From contig OZ241863.1 in NCBI GenBank assembly GCA_965203055.1, forward strand, positions 4,064,001-4,128,000: a stretch of DNA of 64,000 bases. Direction: 5' to 3'. Both the position numbers and the translations under genes were made by a program. Shown here one piece after another: positions 58,243 through 64,000 of the stretch; the first letter of the stretch is position 1, and every line of letters begins with the position of its first letter. The notes below the pieces were generated by a model. The model saw only the letters and a list, made by a program, of their open reading frames with translations, ran no database searches and was not told where the DNA came from. Source of the stretch: Spirochaetia bacterium (GTDB lineage: Bacteria; Spirochaetota; Spirochaetia; SZUA-6; Bin103).

Positions 58243-59340
58243 TCATTCATCGGCGGCCGGCGGATCGGCGGCGGCCGCCTCACCCGCCAGCCGAACCTGA
58301 AGCTGCTTGTCGTACAGGGTCTGGCGCGCCCAATACAGGTTTTCGGTCCGGGAGTTGCCGAGCTGCGGTTCGAGCACCGCCTCGCCGACCGCGCCGCTGC
58401 CGCTGCCGCCCGTGAACGACACGGTGGGGGGAGACTCGTAGCCGCTCCCCCGATTCGTGATCGTCACTGACCTGACGCCGGTTTCCAGCGCCGAGGAAGT
58501 GATCGCCTGGGCGTGGCCGGCGCCGCTCGGCGGCGTCGAAATGGTAACCTGCAGAGCAGAGGTGTAGCCGGTCCCCGGTTCCGTGATCTCCACGTGACTG
58601 ATCCGGTCGCCGCTGCTGTCCTTGTGCACTACTCCGGCTGCCCGGGTGCCGCCGGCGGTCTGCGGTGGCTGAAACGTAGCGGTCGGGGTCTCGGTTTCGT
58701 AGCCCGCTCCCGCGGAGGTGATGGTCACAACCCTGTATCCGCCCGGCCCCACCGCGGTGCCGGTCGCCGTGGTGCCGCCGGAGCCGGCCGGCGGCGGCGA
58801 AAACGTGACCGTCGGAATGGAGTTGTGCGCCCAGCCGCTCCCCAGGCTGGTCATCGTGACGGAAGCGACGCCCCTCGGGATGAGCTGATCCTCGGCCGTG
58901 ATCACCAGCACCACCGCTCCGGCGCGGACTTCCGCTTTCAACTCCCACTCCGCGCCGCTGAGGTCGGATTCGAAGACCGGCTGATGGGCCGTGTTGGTGA
59001 GCGGCAGAGCGTGTCCGCCAATCGAAACGCGCACCTGGTCCAGGTTGTCGGCCGTGATCCCGTCCCACGCGAACGGTTCGGAACGGTTGGTCGTTTCGAG
59101 CCAGATGGTCACGCCGTCGTCGCCAAAGTGAGCCGCGCTCAGCGTCCAGCTCTTCCTGGTCTCCCGGGGCTGCGGCGTTGGCGCCGGCGCGCTCGGCTCC
59201 TCTCCCCCGGAGGAGGGAGCGGACGGCGCCGGCGTCGTTGCGGGCGGCCGCGTGAGCGGCTCGCACGCCAGCATGGTGACGCCGGCGGCCGCCGCCAGCG
59301 CCAGAACCTTCAACTCCTTCAACAACAACCTGCTACCCAT
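58243..59340 (-). CDS. Surface lipoprotein with 4 GSGY-type repeats, paralog of 25701..27671
   Basis: MLAC lipobox, Pro-rich tether, shared KSWT.SAAHFGD…AGAVVLV.TA.DQ domain and shared C-terminal NLYWARQTL. Confidence 0.9.
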   Translation of the reverse strand: MGSRLLLKELKVLALAAAAGVTMLACEPLTRPPATTPAPSAPSSGGEEPSAPAPTPQPRETRKSWTLSAAHFGDDGVTIWLETTNRSEPFAWDGITADNLDQVRVSIGGHALPLTNTAHQPVFESDLSGAEWELKAEVRAGAVVLVITAEDQLIPRGVASVTMTSLGSGWAHNSIPTVTFSPPPAGSGGTTATGTAVGPGGYRVVTITSAGAGYETETPTATFQPPQTAGGTRAAGVVHKDSSGDRISHVEITEPGTGYTSALQVTISTPPSGAGHAQAITSSALETGVRSVTITNRGSGYESPPTVSFTGGSGSGAVGEAVLEPQLGNSRTENLYWARQTLYDKQLQVRLAGEAAAADPPAADE

Positions 59341-59446
59341 GACCATTCCCCTCCCGGCATGTACTATTATTCGCGCTCGATCCGCTCGATCCGCACTAGG
59401 TCTTGCAACAGCGGAGCAACTGCAGTACCAAAAGGTATCACGCTAT

Positions 59447-59459
59447 GGGGGGGGGGGGG
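59447..59459. repeat. Poly-G tract (G13) in a divergent intergenic region
   Basis: CGCTAT-G13-AGCC read directly. Confidence 0.9.
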
Positions 59460-59507
59460 AGCCCCGGAAGAGCCCCTCGACCGACCGATTCGACGCAACG
59501 CATCGAG

Positions 59508-60503
59508 ATGCTGGACTACGTAATTCGCCGTTTCCTCTACCTGCTGCTGATGATCGCGGTCATGTCGCTGGTGGCGTTCATCATCATCCAACTGCCGCCG
59601 GGCGATTATCTGACCATGTACGTCAGGCAGCTCGAGGCGAGCGGCCAGCCGCTCGACGAATCGGAGATCGAGTCGCTGCGCCGCCAGTACGGCCTCGACC
59701 AGCCGCAGCACGTCCGCTACCTGAAGTGGGTCGGGGGCATGTTCCGGGGCGACTTCGGGCGTTCGGTGCAGTGGCACAAGTCGGTGATCAGCCTGGTGGG
59801 CGAGCGCCTCATGCTCACCATCGTGATCAGCTTCTGCGCCACCCTGTTCACCTACGTAGTGGCCGTCGCGGTGGGGATCTACTCGGCCACCCACCAGTAC
59901 TCGCTGTTCGACTACTCGGCGACGGTGGTGGGCTTCGTGGGGCTCGCCACCCCCAACTTCCTGCTCGCCCTGGTGCTGATGATCGTGTTCAACAACGTCT
60001 TCGGCATCACCATCGGCGGGCTGTTCTCGCCGCAATACTCCACCGCCCCCTGGTCGCTGGGCAAGGTGTGGGACCTGATCAAGCATCTGCCGGTGCCGGT
60101 GATCGTGCTCGGCACCGCCGGCACCGCGGGCGTGATCCGGGTGATGCGCGGCATGCTGCTGGACGAGCTGCGCAAGCAGTACGTGATTACGGCGCGCACC
60201 AAGGGATTGTCGGAACGGCGGCTGCTGTTCCGCTATCCGGTGCGGCTGGCCCTCAACCCGATCGTCAGCACGGTGGGATGGGTGCTGCCGGCGATCGTCT
60301 CCGGCAGCACCATCACCGCCCTGGTGCTGAGCCTGCCCACCGTGGGGCCGCTGCTGTTCCGCGCCCTGATGACCGAGGACATGTACCTGGCCGGCACCAT
60401 CGTGATGTTCCTCTGCTTCCTCACCATCGTCGGCATGTTCATCTCCGACATGCTGCTCGCCGCCCTCGACCCGCGCATCCGCTTCGAACAGACCAAGCCC
60501 TGA
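59508..60503 (+). CDS. ABC transporter permease (DppB/OppB family)
   Basis: IIQLPPGD, YGLDQP, GDFGRS, YVITARTKGL EAA loop, LDPRIR. Confidence 0.93.
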   Translation: MLDYVIRRFLYLLLMIAVMSLVAFIIIQLPPGDYLTMYVRQLEASGQPLDESEIESLRRQYGLDQPQHVRYLKWVGGMFRGDFGRSVQWHKSVISLVGERLMLTIVISFCATLFTYVVAVAVGIYSATHQYSLFDYSATVVGFVGLATPNFLLALVLMIVFNNVFGITIGGLFSPQYSTAPWSLGKVWDLIKHLPVPVIVLGTAGTAGVIRVMRGMLLDELRKQYVITARTKGLSERRLLFRYPVRLALNPIVSTVGWVLPAIVSGSTITALVLSLPTVGPLLFRALMTEDMYLAGTIVMFLCFLTIVGMFISDMLLAALDPRIRFEQTKP

Positions 60504-60566
60504 GCGCCCGGCGCAGTTGCCGCCCGCCCCGGGGCGGGGTAAGATCGCGCGCGGAGGAACCCACCC

Positions 60567-62597
60567 ATGACGAGATTTCTGCTCTTGGCGGCGGCGTGCG
60601 CGCTGCTGGCGCCGGCGTTGGCGGCCGCCGGCGGCAACGGAGAGACGGCCGCACCGGAAGCCGGCGCCGCGGCCGCCGCCGCGCCAACCACCGGGGCGGA
60701 GGGGCTGGCGCCGGGCCAATACAACCTGGACGAGTACCTGCGGCGAACCGGCGCCGACATCACCTTCTCCGACTCGCCCTACCTGGCCGGCCGGGGGCTG
60801 CCTCCGGTGGAGGAGCGGCTGCCGGCGAATCCTCTGGTCATGGAGACCTGGATGGAGCATGGCCGCTACGGCGGCACCCTGACCTGGACCGAGTACACCA
60901 TCGACCACGACACCTATCTGCGCCATCTGAACGCGGTGAAGCTGCTGGAGATCGCGCCCTCGGCGTCCAACCACCGCTACGATTACCTCGGCGCGACGAT
61001 CCAGCCCTCCATCATCGAGACCTGGGAGCAGAACGCCGCCGCCACGCAGTTCACGTTTCGGATTCGGGAGGGGCTGCGGTGGTCGGACGGCGCGCCGGTG
61101 ACCACCGCCGACGTGCGCTACGCGTTCGACGACGTGTACTTCAACGAGGAGATCACGCCGCAACTGCCGCGCTGGGCCAACTGGGGCGGGACCCCGGTCG
61201 AGGTGGAGATCATCGACGACTATTCCTTCTCGCTCACCTTCGCCAAGCCCTACGGCCTGTTCCTCGGCCAGGTGACCCAGCAGCCCGCCGGCTGGTTCAT
61301 GCGCCCCGGGCACTACATGAGGCAGTTCCACAAGGACTACACCGCCATGGCCGACCTCCTTCCCGTGATGAAGGAGCAGGGCTATGACACCGCGGAATGG
61401 GGCAAGTTCTACACCTCGGTGGCGGTGGCCGGCAGCGACGCGGCGAACCACATTCCCACGCGCTATCCGAACGCGATCGAGGCGCCGTCGCTGCACCCGT
61501 GGCACGTGATCGAGGAGCCCAATCCCGGCGAGTTCATCCTGGAGCGCAACCCCTACTTCTTCAAGATCGACCCGCTCGGCCAGCAGCTCCCCTACATCGA
61601 CCGCGCCCACCGCGTGTTCGTGAACAATCTGGAGGTGATGAACGCCAAGGTGGTAGCGGGCGAGACCGACGTCCAGTTTCAGTTCGTGCGTCTCGGCGAC
61701 ATGCCGTTGTTCAAGGCCAACGAGGAACGGGCCGGCTACCGCACCATGCTGCTGCCGGCGTGGCAGCAACAGGTGCTGGTGTACTTCCCCAATCTCACCC
61801 CGGCGGACCCGGTGTATGCCGCGGTGACGCAGGACAAGCGGTTCCGCCAGGCGATTTCGCTGGCGCTCGACCGGAACGAGATCCGCAAGTCGATCTTTCT
61901 CGACTTCGGGCGCATTGCGCAGGTCGCGCCGCCGCGCGGCGTCGACTTCTGGCAGCCGCACATGGATACCGCCTACGTCGAATACGACGTCGACGCCGCC
62001 AACGCGCTGCTGGACGAGATGGGGCTGGAGTGGGACGCCAGGCGCGAATACCGCACCCTGCCCGACGGCCGGCGGCTGAGCATTCCGTTCATGTACTACG
62101 AGGTCACGCCGACGGCCACGCCGGGCGCCGAGCTGTTCGCCGAGTTCATGGGACCGCTCGGCATCGACACCCAGGTCAAGCAGGTGGACGGCAGACTGTG
62201 GTGGGCGTCGGACAGCGAAGCGCGCTTCTCCAACTGGTGGAACCCGACCATGAACTTCACCTTCGGACCGATGAAGTTCAACGTGGCGGGGCGGGAGTGG
62301 CACAAGTGGTACGCTTCCGGCGGCGAGTCGGGGATGGAGCCGCCGGCGGAGGCGATGCGGTTGTACGAGCTGCGCGACCGGCTCTACTCCACCGGCGACG
62401 CCGACGAGCGCCGGGAAGTGCTCACCGAAATGTGGGAGAACCAGGCGGAGAACCTGTGGGTGATCGGCGTGGTGGCCGAGGCCCCCGGCCCGTTCATCTA
62501 CGACGTCAACCTGGGCAACGTCGGCGTCGCCGAGGAACGCGGCTATTACTCGGTGGTGGTGGGCGACGCCGCCGAACAGTGGTTCTGGAAGAACTGA
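60567..62597 (+). CDS. ABC transporter substrate-binding protein (family 5)
   Basis: Signal peptide, LPPVEERLPANP, GRYGGTL, GLRWSDGAPVT..D, ERNPYFFKID..GQQLPYID. Confidence 0.93.
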   Translation: MTRFLLLAAACALLAPALAAAGGNGETAAPEAGAAAAAAPTTGAEGLAPGQYNLDEYLRRTGADITFSDSPYLAGRGLPPVEERLPANPLVMETWMEHGRYGGTLTWTEYTIDHDTYLRHLNAVKLLEIAPSASNHRYDYLGATIQPSIIETWEQNAAATQFTFRIREGLRWSDGAPVTTADVRYAFDDVYFNEEITPQLPRWANWGGTPVEVEIIDDYSFSLTFAKPYGLFLGQVTQQPAGWFMRPGHYMRQFHKDYTAMADLLPVMKEQGYDTAEWGKFYTSVAVAGSDAANHIPTRYPNAIEAPSLHPWHVIEEPNPGEFILERNPYFFKIDPLGQQLPYIDRAHRVFVNNLEVMNAKVVAGETDVQFQFVRLGDMPLFKANEERAGYRTMLLPAWQQQVLVYFPNLTPADPVYAAVTQDKRFRQAISLALDRNEIRKSIFLDFGRIAQVAPPRGVDFWQPHMDTAYVEYDVDAANALLDEMGLEWDARREYRTLPDGRRLSIPFMYYEVTPTATPGAELFAEFMGPLGIDTQVKQVDGRLWWASDSEARFSNWWNPTMNFTFGPMKFNVAGREWHKWYASGGESGMEPPAEAMRLYELRDRLYSTGDADERREVLTEMWENQAENLWVIGVVAEAPGPFIYDVNLGNVGVAEERGYYSVVVGDAAEQWFWKN

Positions 62598-62652
62598 CCT
62601 GCCGCCGCGCCGGCGGCGGGCGCCGGTTGCGGCCGGCGCCCGCCCGGCTCCC

Positions 62653-63771
62653 ATGACGCGGCGCCGGGCCGCCGCCAGGTACGAGCGGGAGTCCTACTAC
62701 CTCGCGTCGCAATGGCGGCTGATGTGGCGCAAGTTCAAGTCGCACCGGCTGGCCCTGGCGGGAACCGCGATCGTCGGCTTCTTCATCGTGACCGGCACCC
62801 TGTTCTGCGAGTTCTTCGCCACCCACGACATCTACTCCCGCGACTCCGACTACATCCTCTGTCCGCCGCAGCGGATCCACTTCGTCGACGCCGCGGGCCG
62901 CTTCCATCTGCGCCCGTTCGTGTACCGCCTGACCACCGAGCGCAACCCGCAGACCTTCGCGCTGGAGTGCCGCGAAGACCGCGCGGCGCGCTATCCGATC
63001 CGCCTCCTGGTGACCGGCGACGAGTACCGCCTGTGGGGCCTCTTCCCCGGCCGGCTGCATCTGTTCGGCATCGAGGAGGAGGGCGCGTTCTACCTGTTCG
63101 GCACCGACCGGCTGGGCCGCGATCTGTTCTCCCGGGTGTTCTACGCGGCGCGCATCTCGCTCTCCATCGGCTTCGTCGGGGTAGTGATCAGCTTCGTACT
63201 GGGCTGCATTCTGGGCGGCATCTCCGGCTACTTCGGCGGCACCGCCGACATGCTGATCCAGCGCATGATCGAGTTTCTGAGCTCGATTCCGCAGATCCCG
63301 CTGTGGATGGGGCTGGCCGCCGCGATCCCGCAGAGCTGGCCGGCGCTGCGGGTCTACTTCATGATCATCGTGATCCTGTCGATCATCGGCTGGACCGGCC
63401 TGGCGCGGGTGGTGCGCGGCTACATCATCGCGCTGCGCGAGTCGGACATGGTCATCGCGGCCACGGTGGCGGGCGCCAAGAGCGGACAGATCCTCATACG
63501 CCACCTGCTGCCGGCGTTCCTGAGCTACCTGATCGTGCACCTGACCCTGGCCGTGCCGAGCATGATCCTGGCCGAAACCTCGCTGTCGTTCCTCGGTCTC
63601 GGTCTGCGCCCCCCGGTGGTGAGCTGGGGCGTGCTGCTGAGCGCCGCGCAGAACGTCAAGACGGTGTATCTGAACCTGTGGCTGATGATTCCGGCGCTGT
63701 TCGTGATCGTCACGGTACTGGCGTTCAACTTCATCGGCGACGGCATGCGCGACGCGGCCGATCCCTACTGA
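62653..63771 (+). CDS. ABC transporter permease (DppC/OppC family)
   Basis: FGTDRLGRDLFSR, GGISGYFGG, ETSLSFLGLG, GDGMRDAADPY. Confidence 0.93.
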   Translation: MTRRRAAARYERESYYLASQWRLMWRKFKSHRLALAGTAIVGFFIVTGTLFCEFFATHDIYSRDSDYILCPPQRIHFVDAAGRFHLRPFVYRLTTERNPQTFALECREDRAARYPIRLLVTGDEYRLWGLFPGRLHLFGIEEEGAFYLFGTDRLGRDLFSRVFYAARISLSIGFVGVVISFVLGCILGGISGYFGGTADMLIQRMIEFLSSIPQIPLWMGLAAAIPQSWPALRVYFMIIVILSIIGWTGLARVVRGYIIALRESDMVIAATVAGAKSGQILIRHLLPAFLSYLIVHLTLAVPSMILAETSLSFLGLGLRPPVVSWGVLLSAAQNVKTVYLNLWLMIPALFVIVTVLAFNFIGDGMRDAADPY

Positions 63772-63810
63772 GGACCGGCTTCGCGCTGAACCGCCGCCGC
63801 GCTCCGCGCT

Positions 63811-64000
63811 TCAGTAGTCGTCGAACACCGCCGGATCGACGCCGGGGAGGGTATCGGCCTTCCAGATATCCACCGCCGCGTCATTGCTCCGCTCCGGTCC
63901 GGGGGTGCTTCGCCCGGCGGCCACCAGCCGCTTCAGCCGCGCCACCAGCTCCTTGACCACGGCCGGATGCTCGGCCTGCAGGTTGCGGCGCTCCGCCGGG
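63811..64000 (-). CDS. Partial arylsulfatase-family protein (C-terminus)
   Basis: Manual translation PAERRNLQAEHPAVVKELVARLKRLVAAGRSTPG…DDY*, a typical sulfatase tail. Confidence 0.65.
   Translation of the reverse strand, partial: PAERRNLQAEHPAVVKELVARLKRLVAAGRSTPGPERSNDAAVDIWKADTLPGVDPAVFDDY

Noticed and set aside
59367..62654. 1095-aa antisense ORF, and similar long shadow ORFs (34068..36542, 16710..18959, 44857..47073, 27664..29529)
   Set aside because: Mirror frames of real genes in high-GC DNA; no independent motifs
59508..63771. ABC cluster lacking ATPase genes
   Set aside because: Family-5 transporters often share ATPases encoded elsewhere; cannot be judged from this window

Overview
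High-GC chromosomal window, most likely from a spirochaete (Spirochaetia). This is an inference from the class I LysRS, archaeal/spirochaete-type PheRS, tRNA-Arg(GCG) and the aroF-pheA fusion. Housekeeping genes dominate: alr, ilvC, trmB, dksA-like, infA, argJ, clpP, apbE, era, mnmA, rpiA, lysS, rlpA, nadE, pheST, radC, aspS-gatCAB and dnaX-ybaB-recR, plus SRP RNA, six tRNAs, an Rrf2-led sulfate-activation operon and a family-5 ABC transporter. Accessory highlights: (1) two paralogous surface lipoproteins in which a split anchor domain encloses a symmetric out-and-back array of ~38-aa GSGY repeats (12 vs 4), with a frameshifting G8 tract in one copy and a G13 tract upstream of the other; (2) a PLP enzyme resembling the cysteate acyltransferases of sulfonolipid synthesis, near an APS-reductase operon whose APS kinase domain is degenerate; (3) several defence-type loci in which the nuclease is broken but the partner is intact (two orphan methyltransferases with restriction-enzyme remnants, an ABC-ATPase with a frameshifted TOPRIM-like gene, an internally deleted Uma2); (4) a low-GC islet with a small ORF plus an SDH/Clp-fold protease, and a gene flanked by an imperfect ~40-bp duplication. 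No CRISPR, rRNA, integrase or transposase was found. Family calls come from motif recognition only, and the frameshifts could be assembly errors.
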